Below are positions 36,830 through 46,255 of a stretch of 58,934 bases of DNA, in pieces. Every line of letters starts with the position of its first letter. Within the stretch, counting starts at the first letter, position 1. This DNA comes from Candidatus Bathyarchaeia archaeon. Lineage in GTDB: Archaea > Thermoproteota > Bathyarchaeia > Bathyarchaeales > Bathycorpusculaceae. Location: contig JBMFMB010000009.1 in assembly GCA_049970895.1 (NCBI GenBank), positions 1,010 to 59,943 on the forward strand, read 5' to 3'. A program made the translations under genes and the position numbers. The notes below the pieces were generated by a model. That model was not told the origin of the DNA, did not search any database, and was given only the letters and a program-made list of their open reading frames with translations.

Positions 36830-38164
36830 TTAGCCCACATCAACGGACAGTCCCTTCCCAAAGAAGGGAAGCCTCTTCTTTCGCCTTAAGGTTTTCAACA
36901 TTTTCCGCATGAGAACATACTGTTTCAAAAGCTCCTTCACATCTTTCTCACTTGTTCCAGAACCACGCGCCACACGTCTAATTCTTGAAGCGTTGAAGAT
37001 TTTGGGGTTTTCCCGCTCAGCTGGAGTCATTGACTGAATTATGACCCGCCACTTTTCCAGCTTGTCCTCAGCCGTGTCGAGCACTTCTTCTGGTATGTTG
37101 TAAGACATGCCTGGCAACATCTTCAAGAGTTTGCGGAAGGGCCCCATGCCCTTCATGGCCTCAAACTGTTCATACATGTCCGTGAGCGTGAATTTGCCGC
37201 TTAAAATAGCCTTAGCCTTCTTTTCTGGAACCTTGATCTCTGCCTCGCGAACCTTCTCAATGAGGGTTTCCAAATCTCCCATGCCGAGGAGTCTGCCAAC
37301 AAACCGGGACGGAACAAAGGGCTCAATATCCTCAACCTTTTCGCCAGTGCTTATGAACTTTATCGGTGCTCCAGTAGCCACAACAGCTGAAAGGGCGCCA
37401 CCACCCCTGGCTGAACCATCAAGTTTTGTCACGAGTATTGAGCCTATGGATGTTGCCTCGTTGAAGGCCTTGGCTTGAACAAGGGCTTGTTGACCGATGG
37501 TTCCGTCGATTACCAGCATGACTTCGTCTGGCTTGATTTTCTCCTCGAGCATTTTCATCTCTTTGATGAGTTCGCGTTCTTCCTTGTGGCGCCCAGCTGT
37601 GTCAACTATGATTATGTCCTTGTCGCTGAACTGTTTTAAGCCTTCCAACGCTATTTTAACCGGGTCTTTCGCTTTTGGGTCGCCGTAAATTGGTACGTTT
37701 ATTCTGTTGGCGAGTTGCTGAAGCTGTTCAAAGGCGCCTGGACGATATGTGTCAGCACATATCAGGGCGGGTTTTAAGCCCCTCTTCTGGAAGTATCTTG
37801 CAAGCTTAGCCGCAGCTGTGGTCTTCCCAGAACCTTGAATGCCAACAAGCATTAAAACCTTCCTTTTTCCAGGCTCAACCTTCAACAGAACCGGTTTTTC
37901 CCCCAGAAAACGTGTCAACTCTTCATAGACAACCTTGATCACGTGCTCGCGGCGTGAAATCCCCGGCGGAACTTTCTCCTTAAGGGCTCTGTCCTCTATT
38001 CGTTTAGAAATGTCCAAGACAAGCTGAACGTTCACGTCCGCTTGCAACAGTGCCCGCTGCACATCCCTAACGAGTTCTTTGACTGCAACCTCGTCGACAA
38101 CGGCTGTTCTGAAAAGCTTCCTTAAAGCCTCGTGAAGGGAAGCGCCAAGCCTCTCTAAAGCCAT
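36830..38164 (-). CDS. srp54: Signal recognition particle protein SRP54
   Basis: GIQGSGKTT, DTAGRH, TKLDG, RIRRVARGSG. Confidence 0.98.
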   Translation of the reverse strand: MALERLGASLHEALRKLFRTAVVDEVAVKELVRDVQRALLQADVNVQLVLDISKRIEDRALKEKVPPGISRREHVIKVVYEELTRFLGEKPVLLKVEPGKRKVLMLVGIQGSGKTTAAAKLARYFQKRGLKPALICADTYRPGAFEQLQQLANRINVPIYGDPKAKDPVKIALEGLKQFSDKDIIIVDTAGRHKEERELIKEMKMLEEKIKPDEVMLVIDGTIGQQALVQAKAFNEATSIGSILVTKLDGSARGGGALSAVVATGAPIKFISTGEKVEDIEPFVPSRFVGRLLGMGDLETLIEKVREAEIKVPEKKAKAILSGKFTLTDMYEQFEAMKGMGPFRKLLKMLPGMSYNIPEEVLDTAEDKLEKWRVIIQSMTPAERENPKIFNASRIRRVARGSGTSEKDVKELLKQYVLMRKMLKTLRRKKRLPFFGKGLSVDVG

Positions 38165-38240
38165 GATGTTCTCCAGATTTAAGACCGCTTACAGACTTAA
38201 ATACATTTAAACATTCACAGCAACTAACAAATAAAATATG

Positions 38241-38909
38241 CTATTGCTGCTCCAAACCTGGATATTTTGTGTCCAAAACCTCTATTATGGCTTGAACAGT
38301 CTTTTCGCCCAAACCTTTAACGGACAGCAGTTCCCTCTTTGAGGCTTGAAAAACGCGTCTAACACTTCCAAAACGCCTCAAAAGTTCTTCTGCCCTTTCT
38401 GGGCCAATCTTTGGTAGGCTTTGCACCGCGAGGAGTTGCCTCTGCCTCAGCGTGTAAGTTTTCGGCTTGTGTTTTACGGCTATTTTTCGCCTCTCCTCCT
38501 CTTGCAGTTTTTTGGCTAAAGCGCACAGAAACATGGCTGTGTGCTCCTCGTTGGGGGTGAAAACCACTGAAATGCCATGGTCAGCCATAACCTTTGAAAG
38601 TGCTCCCCAGAAAGCCTGCGGAGTGCGAACATATTTCACAGCGTTGACGAAATCTCCCTCTACGATGAGGCAGGCGTTCTCATAGGTTTTTGCAAGCCTT
38701 TCAGCTTGTTCGAAGAGTCTGCCGTCGAAAACTGAGCGGAAAAAGTCGTGAAGCTCTTTCCTTTCAACAGCGTAGTCTTCAGCCACCACATAGTCTGCTG
38801 GAGCCAAAGCCTTCTCCACAACCTCGCAGCCAAGCTCCTTCAAGTGGTCTTTTACATCCATGCTCTCCCGAACATCCGCAATGACTATTGGCTTAAACTC
38901 GTTCGCCAT
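38241..38909 (-). CDS. xpf: Short XPF/ERCC4 nuclease with HhH2 domain
   Basis: ADVRE, ADY, VERK, DGRLFEQ; two HhH motifs. Confidence 0.92.
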   Translation of the reverse strand: MANEFKPIVIADVRESMDVKDHLKELGCEVVEKALAPADYVVAEDYAVERKELHDFFRSVFDGRLFEQAERLAKTYENACLIVEGDFVNAVKYVRTPQAFWGALSKVMADHGISVVFTPNEEHTAMFLCALAKKLQEEERRKIAVKHKPKTYTLRQRQLLAVQSLPKIGPERAEELLRRFGSVRRVFQASKRELLSVKGLGEKTVQAIIEVLDTKYPGLEQQ

Positions 38910-39033
38910 CGCCAGTGCACCTCAATCAAGTATTGGCTTGGGCTGAACTTAAACCTAACATTACTGGTAAAGGCTTAATTAGGCAAACTTCTTTTACCAC
39001 AAAAGGATTTAGTGGACTTAGTGAAGCCTCAAA

Positions 39034-41148
39034 ATGGAAGCAGCTTACATTTGCCGCCGATGCGGAAAAACCTATTCCACAGGTGGATATTTGAGGAGCC
39101 ATTTCTATGGAAACTGTGGAACCCTTTTAATGAGAACATCCGCATACCGAGCAGCGATGGAGAAGAAAGCTGCGGAAAGCGAAGAAAACTTTGAAAGCCT
39201 TGTTAAGGAGTTCTTTCCATACCAGAGTTTCCGCCCCTTCCAGTTAAAAGCCATAAAATTCGCCTACCAAACAATCAGGGAAGGAAAAATTGGTTTGCTA
39301 TGCTCCCCATGTGGCACTGGGAAATCCATCTCTGTTTTAACAGCCTTTTTCGCGGCTAGAGAGCAAAACCCTTCAATTGGAAGGCTCATAGCCCTAACTA
39401 GAACCAAAAATCAGCTGGAAATCTACTCAAGGGAGCTAAAAAACATAAAAGACCATTGTGGCGCAAGCTTTGCAGCATCAATTTTCAAGAGCAAGAAGGA
39501 GATGTGCCCCCATGCCTTCGAAGACCCTAAGCTTAGGGACATCGCCTACAGAGACTTCCTCTACTATTGTAAGGGATTGAAGGAAGGCTTGTTCGGTAAA
39601 ACATGCGAATACTATGAAAGGACATATGACGGCTTGAAGCGGAGCTGGCAAGCCTACAATTTGGTGGGCAAGATAAAGAAGATTGGACCCCTACTGCCAG
39701 AAGAGGCTTATGAGATGTGCCGCGATGCGGGATTATGCCCATATGAAGTTACAAAGATTCTGACACGTTATGCGGATATTGTTATAGGCAATTACAATTA
39801 CATTTTGGTGGACGCCATACGTGGCTCAATTTTGGGAAAGGCTGGAATCCGCACAAAGGCAATTAACTGCATCTTTGACGAGGCGCACAGCCTACCATAC
39901 TATGCAAGCGGCATATTTTCAGAAGAGCTCTCATCAAGGTCTGTTAGAAGAGCATACAAAGAGGTAAGGAACTTTGAGATCGACGATTTAGGCTTTTTGG
40001 AAGCTCTATACAGTGTTGTGGTGAATTTTGGGAAGAGGGTTTATAAGAACTATGGGGTGGACGTAGAACACATAATTGATGGAGAAGCACTTATTAGGGC
40101 TTTAGCAGAGAAGCTTAAAGTTAGCTGCGAAAAACTGGGCAAAGTGCTTCAGGAACTTGCTGACAAGGGCGAGCAAATCCGCGTCGAAAGGAGCGAAATG
40201 GGAAAAAGCCCAATATCATATCTCTCGCGTTGTGTGGAATTTCTCTCCAACTGGATGGAATTGACTGGTTCAAGCTATGTGAGATATGTTAAAGTTGAAG
40301 TTGACAGAGACCGGAAAAAACGTGTGCGGCTTGGAATTAGATGCCTCGACCCTTCTTTGGCGGCTAGCATAATCAATGAGCTTCGCTCCACCATCCTTAT
40401 GTCTGGCACCTTGTGGAACATGGACTACTATGTGGACGTTTTAGGGCTCGACAGAAAACGTTGCCAAAGCCTAGAACTCCCAAGCCCCTTCCCGCCCGAG
40501 AATAGGCTCATACTTGTGGATGAGGCGGTTACAACAAAGTTTGAGAAACGCAACGAAATCCAATATAAGCGAATAGCAGCCCACCTTACCCAAATAATCC
40601 AAAAGGTTGGCGGAAGAGTTGCCGTATACTTCCCATCATACGAGGTTATGCGGGAAATAGCCCAACTAGTCAAGCTGGAGCAGCCACTACTAGTGGAGGA
40701 GAAGAAAACAAGGATTTTAGATGTCCTCAATTTTTTGCAAGAGAATGGAAACTGTGTTGTTTTCGGCGTGGCAAGAGGGAAAATAAGTGAGGGCGTTGAC
40801 ATGACAATGGAGGGCAAAAGCCTACTATCTGCAGTCATAATTGTCGGTTTGCCTTTCCCCAAAAGGACGGAGCTCCAAGCAGCCTTATACAAGTATTTTA
40901 AAGAGAAGTTTGGGGATAAAGCTATCGAATATGCCAACAACATGCCATGCCTAAACGCCTTAGCCCAATCCGCTGGCAGACTCCTACGCAGCCCAGAAGA
41001 TAGGGGCGTAATAGTAATCATGGATAGGCGCGCCGCTGGAAGATTCAAACGTAAGCTTCCGACAGAGTGGCAAAATGAGATGAAGGCCCATTTTCAAATA
41101 GAGAAAATTTTGACGAGAATAGAACAGTTCATGGCTAATAAACCCTAA
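39034..41148 (+). CDS. xpd: XPD/Rad3-family Fe-S helicase
   Basis: PCGTGKS, Fe-S cysteines, DEAH, MSGTL, QSAGRLLR. Confidence 0.92.
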   Translation: MEAAYICRRCGKTYSTGGYLRSHFYGNCGTLLMRTSAYRAAMEKKAAESEENFESLVKEFFPYQSFRPFQLKAIKFAYQTIREGKIGLLCSPCGTGKSISVLTAFFAAREQNPSIGRLIALTRTKNQLEIYSRELKNIKDHCGASFAASIFKSKKEMCPHAFEDPKLRDIAYRDFLYYCKGLKEGLFGKTCEYYERTYDGLKRSWQAYNLVGKIKKIGPLLPEEAYEMCRDAGLCPYEVTKILTRYADIVIGNYNYILVDAIRGSILGKAGIRTKAINCIFDEAHSLPYYASGIFSEELSSRSVRRAYKEVRNFEIDDLGFLEALYSVVVNFGKRVYKNYGVDVEHIIDGEALIRALAEKLKVSCEKLGKVLQELADKGEQIRVERSEMGKSPISYLSRCVEFLSNWMELTGSSYVRYVKVEVDRDRKKRVRLGIRCLDPSLAASIINELRSTILMSGTLWNMDYYVDVLGLDRKRCQSLELPSPFPPENRLILVDEAVTTKFEKRNEIQYKRIAAHLTQIIQKVGGRVAVYFPSYEVMREIAQLVKLEQPLLVEEKKTRILDVLNFLQENGNCVVFGVARGKISEGVDMTMEGKSLLSAVIIVGLPFPKRTELQAALYKYFKEKFGDKAIEYANNMPCLNALAQSAGRLLRSPEDRGVIVIMDRRAAGRFKRKLPTEWQNEMKAHFQIEKILTRIEQFMANKP

Positions 41149-41201
41149 AAACTGGCAAAGTTTTATCCGCAAGGTTTTTACAGCATGTCCAACAAAACAC
41201 C

Positions 41202-41963
41202 TTGAGAGGGTTAAGTTTGAGTGAAGATGTTAAAATTATTGAGAGGAAGGAAATTCCAAAAGGGGCTGTTATGATTTTCGGCTTTCCAGACGTGGGGCTT
41301 GTCGGCGTTATAGCGGCTTCCCACTTAATCTTGGAGCTTGGTTTGGAGGAGGTTGCCTATGTAGATTCAAGGCTTCTGCCACCAGTAATAGTTTTGCATG
41401 AGGGGCTACCCCACTCACCCATAAGAATTTTCGGAAACCACCAAATTCTTTTGGCAGTCTCAGAAACAGCCCTAAGAGAGGATCTAATCTACCCAATAAT
41501 GCACGCATTAATCGACTGGGGAAAAAACAAGGGAGCAAAAATGATGATTTCACTGAGCGGCATACCGGTTCAGGATAGGCAGGACCTTGACGAATTGAAG
41601 GTTTTCGCGGCTGCCTCAAGCCCGGAAATGCTGAAAATGGTTCAGGATAAAGGCTTGGAAGTTTTGAGGGAGGGCTACATGGTTGGTCCTCAGGCGGTTA
41701 TGCTTCAATACTGCGCCACCCTGGGAGTGCCAGCCCTAACGCTTTTGGCACAATGCTTCTTCAACTATCCTGATCCAGAAGCTGCAGCCAAAGCACTAGA
41801 ACATCTAGCGAACCTTACTGGTGTTAAGGTGGATGTTTCAAAGCTTCTGGAGAAAGGTGAGGAGATACGCCTAAAAGCAAGAGACATGATGAAAAGAACA
41901 CAGCAAGAACTGGCGAAGATGCGGAAGACACAGGAATACGACATACCATTATACATTTCCTAG
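41202..41963 (+). CDS. Proteasome assembly chaperone PAC2 family
   Basis: GFPDVGLVG, YPDPEAA. Confidence 0.9.
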   Translation: MRGLSLSEDVKIIERKEIPKGAVMIFGFPDVGLVGVIAASHLILELGLEEVAYVDSRLLPPVIVLHEGLPHSPIRIFGNHQILLAVSETALREDLIYPIMHALIDWGKNKGAKMMISLSGIPVQDRQDLDELKVFAAASSPEMLKMVQDKGLEVLREGYMVGPQAVMLQYCATLGVPALTLLAQCFFNYPDPEAAAKALEHLANLTGVKVDVSKLLEKGEEIRLKARDMMKRTQQELAKMRKTQEYDIPLYIS

Positions 41964-41977
41964 GAGGCTGATGAAAA

Positions 41978-42427
41978 ATGTCAGAATACAGCCGAAGAAG
42001 ACGCTCAATCTTTGACATAATAGACGAGTATTTTGAAAGCCTTGAGGCTTGGGCTGAAAGGGTCAGAGAAACAATAATGGAAAGACCAAGCTGGAACTGT
42101 AGAACATGCACAATGGAACCCCTACGAGATGTAATGGTGACAGCCGACGAAGTCATAGTGACCGTGGATCTGCCCTACGCTGAGCAAAACACCATAGAAG
42201 TTAAACCCGTCGGCAAAGACACCATTGAAATTTCGGCGAAGATGAGGCGAAAAATAAGCTTTGACGATTTTGGCATAACCCATCATAGGGGAGAATTCCA
42301 AAGATTCCACTGTCAGACAAGGATTCCAGTGCCAGTCTATATGGACCGTATGGAAATCCGCTTCAAGAGGGGCATATTGGAAATTCGACTGCCAAGAAAA
42401 CACGAATACGAGATTCCAATAGAGTGA
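41978..42427 (+). CDS. Small heat-shock protein (Hsp20)
   Basis: EPLRDV..VIVTVDLP...FKRGILEIRLP, IPIE tail. Confidence 0.9.
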   Translation: MSEYSRRRRSIFDIIDEYFESLEAWAERVRETIMERPSWNCRTCTMEPLRDVMVTADEVIVTVDLPYAEQNTIEVKPVGKDTIEISAKMRRKISFDDFGITHHRGEFQRFHCQTRIPVPVYMDRMEIRFKRGILEIRLPRKHEYEIPIE

Positions 42428-42489
42428 AGCCTCAGCTCTCCTCAGATGTCGTCACAATTCAGACGGCTCTTCTCGCATCATCGGCTTCA
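42425..42489 (-). ncRNA. Box C/D guide sRNA
   Basis: 7-bp terminal stem TGAAGCC/GGCTTCA; C ATGATGC; 12-nt guide; D' CTGA; C' GTGACGA; 13-nt guide; D CTGA. Confidence 0.8.
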
Positions 42490-42582
42490 AATGAAGTAAA
42501 AGCGGAACAGCCAAATAAGCTTAATGAAAAACCTTAAAACGAAAAGGCAGTTAAAACCTTAGGTTCGGCTGGTGAATGTTGA

Positions 42583-42783
42583 TTGACTGCTGAAAGGGCA
42601 ATACAGTTCGCCATGTTCATCTTAATTCTCGTGGGCTTATGCGGGTTAAGCGCTTGGGCAAGCTACACCTACCTAAGCGGAAACGTAATTCTAGAGGTTG
42701 CGGCAATAGCCCTAAGCTGGGGCGTCATCCTCCTAATACTATACGTAGGCTTCAAAAAGCTTGACTGGGAATGGTGGCGATAA
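42583..42783 (+). CDS. Small 2-TM membrane protein
   Basis: GGTGA RBS and two hydrophobic helices. Confidence 0.6.
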   Translation: MTAERAIQFAMFILILVGLCGLSAWASYTYLSGNVILEVAAIALSWGVILLILYVGFKKLDWEWWR

Positions 42784-42796
42784 AGATATTTTTCAC

Positions 42797-43318
42797 TTAA
42801 GCAAACAATCCCATAACAAGCTCATCGTGATATTTTCCGTCCTCGCCGAAATACGCATTCTTCATGACGCCTTCAATTTTAAACCCTAGTTTCTCGTATA
42901 AGTGGACGGCTCGCTTATTGTCTGCCACAACTCGTAATCCTATTCTATGCAAGCCCTCCATTTTCGCGAGTTCTATTAGCTTGGTAAGCATAGCAGTAGC
43001 CAATCCAACGTTCTGGAAGTCTTGATGAATATACGTTAATAAATCAGCTGTTCCCTTCCGCCTTGGGTGGGGATTCTTAAAAATTTGAGCATGCCAAACA
43101 ATTTTATCGCCATGAAAGGCTACCATTGCTGTTATGTTCTGAAGATTCCTAAACTATCCCTCTTTTAATTTTTCTCTTGTGTAGGGCGGCATACCCCAAC
43201 GTAGGGCATCATTCGAAAGAGGCTCATAAAATGCAACAAGTTTATCCTTATCCTCTGGCTTGAACAACCTTAATTGAATAATTCTCCCATCCTTCAACTT
43301 CACATCGAAGATTCTCAA
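42797..43318 (-). pseudogene. RimJ/RimL-type GNAT with an in-frame TAG at 43154-43156
   Basis: MRIFDVKLKDGRIIQLR...WGMPPYTREKLKEG*FRNLQN continues in frame into ...NKRAVHLYEKLGF. Confidence 0.75.
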
Positions 43319-43349
43319 AACAGTTCTACTCAGAATGGAAAAGTGCCGG

Positions 43350-43742
43350 CTACTTAGTCCTTACAATCTTAACTTTGCCAAGGATTTTCCAATACTCTAT
43401 TTCAACGCCGGGAGCCAGCTTAGCCTTAAGCTCCTCTTCCTCTGGATATGGCGCATCCAGATACTCGTATGTTTCCAAATCCATAATCTGGACGTTTGTT
43501 GGTGTAACAGCGAAGATCTGTCCGCTCCTCTTTTCAATTATGGGAACTTCGGCTGTGGCATCCACTGGTTTAACAATGCTTCTCTTAACGCCGTCAAACA
43601 CGCCTATGGCAACTATCCTCGCCTTCGCCGAGCCATGTTTTCCCGGCTTGGACTTTGTTATTTCAACTATTCGGCATGGTTCACCATCAACTATAACGTA
43701 GCCGCCTTCCCGAAGACTTCCAACATCAACAGGCTTGCTCAC
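43350..43742 (-). CDS. eif5a: Translation factor aIF5A
   Basis: KSKPGKHGSAKAR hypusine loop. Confidence 0.98.
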   Translation of the reverse strand: MSKPVDVGSLREGGYVIVDGEPCRIVEITKSKPGKHGSAKARIVAIGVFDGVKRSIVKPVDATAEVPIIEKRSGQIFAVTPTNVQIMDLETYEYLDAPYPEEEELKAKLAPGVEIEYWKILGKVKIVRTK

Positions 43743-43833
43743 CCATTCACCAGCTTAACATTTCACCACAGCAATTTTAAACAATACCCATATATAAATT
43801 GAGTTTAAAGATTTCGCTGTCGAAGGGAATGAA

Positions 43834-44682
43834 ATGTTCAAAAGTGTCGGCATAGTAGCCCGCTACGACAAGCGAAAAGCCATAAAACTCGCAGAAAACC
43901 TAGCAGCACATATAGGGAAAAAAGGTTTAGAAGTCTACATAGAAGAAACATTAAAGGGAAAAGTGAAAGTTGGAGGAGATTTCCGCCAACTAGAAGAGAT
44001 GAGAACAGACCTAATAATAACGGTTGGTGGAGACGGAACAATATTAAGGACGTGTGTCGCAATTCCAAAACCTGAACCCCCAATCTTGGCAATAAACATG
44101 GGTGTTCGAGGCTTCCTAACAGAAGTCGCACCAAAAGAGGCTTACACAGCTATTGAAAGATGCCTTAAAGGCGACTACGTAACGGAAAAATGCTCAAAAC
44201 TCGCCATAACAGCAGACAACACAAAAATTCCAGACGCATTAAACGAGGTTCTCATAACCGTGGATGAGCCAGTAAAATTACTATACGCCAGAGTTTCAAA
44301 AAACGGCGAGCATGTTTTAGACTGCCAAGCAGACGGGTTAATGGTGGCCACCCAAACAGGGTCAACGGGCTATTCGCTTTCAGCTGGAGGACCAGTCCTA
44401 GACCCGCACGTGGATGCCTTTGTTTTAACGCCCATATGCTCCCTAAGCGTTTTACGCTCACTAGTTTTCCCAAGTGACTCAAAAATCACCATAACAGTGT
44501 TGAGGCCGAAACGGATAATGGTTGTTGTTGATGGTGCGTATAAGCATGTTTTAGAGTCTAAAAACCCGTGCATAACGGTTACGCGTTCAAAAAATGAGAC
44601 AACCTTCATCAGGTTTAGAGAGAACTTTTACAACCGTTTGAGAAGTAGGCTTATTTTTCGAGGATTTGGAGGAAAAGTCTAA
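43834..44682 (+). CDS. nadK: NAD kinase
   Basis: GGDGT, LNE, ADG, TGSTGYSLSAGGP. Confidence 0.96.
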   Translation: MFKSVGIVARYDKRKAIKLAENLAAHIGKKGLEVYIEETLKGKVKVGGDFRQLEEMRTDLIITVGGDGTILRTCVAIPKPEPPILAINMGVRGFLTEVAPKEAYTAIERCLKGDYVTEKCSKLAITADNTKIPDALNEVLITVDEPVKLLYARVSKNGEHVLDCQADGLMVATQTGSTGYSLSAGGPVLDPHVDAFVLTPICSLSVLRSLVFPSDSKITITVLRPKRIMVVVDGAYKHVLESKNPCITVTRSKNETTFIRFRENFYNRLRSRLIFRGFGGKV

Positions 44683-44690
44683 CGACAACT

Positions 44691-45239
44691 ATGGGCAAAA
44701 GGGTTGTTGTCTTAGACACCTCGGCTTTTGTAGCTGGTTTTGACCCACTCTCAATAAGTGAAGAGCAATACACGGTTCCAATTGTTAGGGAGGAAGTAGC
44801 CGGAAGTGCCATAGCCCGCATAAGATTCAAAGTAGCCATTGAAAGCGGACGCCTAAAAATTCAGACACCCGCAAAAGCCTTCATCGACCGAGTTAAGACG
44901 GCCGCAAAAGCCGTTGGCGATGCTTTTTGGCTTTCCGAAACCGACATACAAGTTTTGGCTTTGGCATTACAATTAAAAATGCAAGGCTGTACGCCGCTGG
45001 TGGCTACAGACGATTATTCAATACAGAATGTTGCTCGGCATTTGGGCATCGAGTTTGCACCGCTAGCAACTTTTGGCATACGCTCGGTGCTGATGTGGGT
45101 TAGGTACTGTCCAGCATGCCACAAGAAATATCCAGCTGACTATAAGTCAAAGAGGTGCCAAGTCTGCGGCACAGAGCTTAAAAGGAAGCCCCTAAGAAAA
45201 ACCTTACAAACGAAAAAAACTGGTTATGGTGAGGTATGA
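44691..45239 (+). CDS. nob1: Nob1-like PIN endonuclease with Zn ribbon
   Basis: VLDTSAF, LSETD, TDDYSIQNVA, CPAC...CQVCG. Confidence 0.92.
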   Translation: MGKRVVVLDTSAFVAGFDPLSISEEQYTVPIVREEVAGSAIARIRFKVAIESGRLKIQTPAKAFIDRVKTAAKAVGDAFWLSETDIQVLALALQLKMQGCTPLVATDDYSIQNVARHLGIEFAPLATFGIRSVLMWVRYCPACHKKYPADYKSKRCQVCGTELKRKPLRKTLQTKKTGYGEV

Positions 45240-45814
45240 TGAGCTATTTTGAAAGAAAAGTTGCATACTTCAAAAGTGCTGGAAGAGCGAACACAGACAC
45301 GCTGTTAAAGATTGTTAAGGAATACGCTGAAAAGGAAGGCATAAAAGATATAGTTGTTGCGTCGACAACTGGGGAAACAGGAGCTAAAGCAACAAAAGTC
45401 TTTAAGGGCTTTAATGTTGTCGTTGTAACCCATCATGTTGGTTTCCAGAAACCCGGAGAAACCGAACTTAAAGAGGAGTTTAAACAAGAAATCTTGAACA
45501 ATGGCGGCAAAATTTTCACGGGAACCCATGCACTTAGCAGTGTTGAGCGGGCTATCCGCAAGGATTTTGGAACCCTACAGCCCCTTGAGCTTATCGCAAA
45601 TGTTCTTAGGCTTATGGGTGAAGGCGCAAAGGTATGTGTGGAAATTGTTCTAATGGCTGCTGATGCTGGACTAATCCCGGTGGACAGAGATGTCATAGCA
45701 ATAGCTGGAACTGGCAGAGGTGCTGACACGGCGTTACGCATAAAACCAGCTAACAGTGCAAGATTCTTCGACCTAAAAATAAGGGAGGTTATTGTAAAAC
45801 CGTCCGACTTCTAG
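45236..45814 (+). CDS. Stand-alone pyruvate kinase C-terminal-like domain protein
   Basis: G..NT, VVASTTGETG, KVCVEI.LMAADAG, GTGRGADTA. Confidence 0.85.
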   Translation: MMSYFERKVAYFKSAGRANTDTLLKIVKEYAEKEGIKDIVVASTTGETGAKATKVFKGFNVVVVTHHVGFQKPGETELKEEFKQEILNNGGKIFTGTHALSSVERAIRKDFGTLQPLELIANVLRLMGEGAKVCVEIVLMAADAGLIPVDRDVIAIAGTGRGADTALRIKPANSARFFDLKIREVIVKPSDF

Positions 45815-46239
45815 ACATCGTTGGATTCGCGTTTACTAAAGTAGATTATGTCGCGGTGCTCCACATAACCACATTTTCTGAAAAGCCTTTTGGAAGCCTC
45901 ATTCCCATCCTCGATTAGGGCGCAGAAAATTCTGATACCATGTTTTCTAAGCACCCTTTCAGCCTCAGCGACCAAAGCACGTGCAACACCGCGACGCCTA
46001 AAGTCCGGGTCTACAGCCAATCGGTTAATCCAACCCTTCCGCCCATCAGAGCTTACAATAACTGCGCCGATCAGCCTTCCGTTTTCAAAAGCCCCTAAGA
46101 AGAATTCCGGATTAGCATCCATTTGCTTTGCTATGGCTTCTTTGCTGTCTCTGCCCTTTGGCTTGAAGGGCAATCCTGCCATGCGCCAAAGGTTGACAAG
46201 TTCTTTGTATTGGTCTATTGTTAGTTTTTGAATTTGCAT
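45811..46239 (-). CDS. GNAT acetyltransferase
   Basis: GWINRLAVDPDFRRRGVA, N.AS..LF.KCGY. Confidence 0.9.
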   Translation of the reverse strand: MQIQKLTIDQYKELVNLWRMAGLPFKPKGRDSKEAIAKQMDANPEFFLGAFENGRLIGAVIVSSDGRKGWINRLAVDPDFRRRGVARALVAEAERVLRKHGIRIFCALIEDGNEASKRLFRKCGYVEHRDIIYFSKRESNDV

Positions 46240-46255
46240 AAACCGCTTTTAGCCT

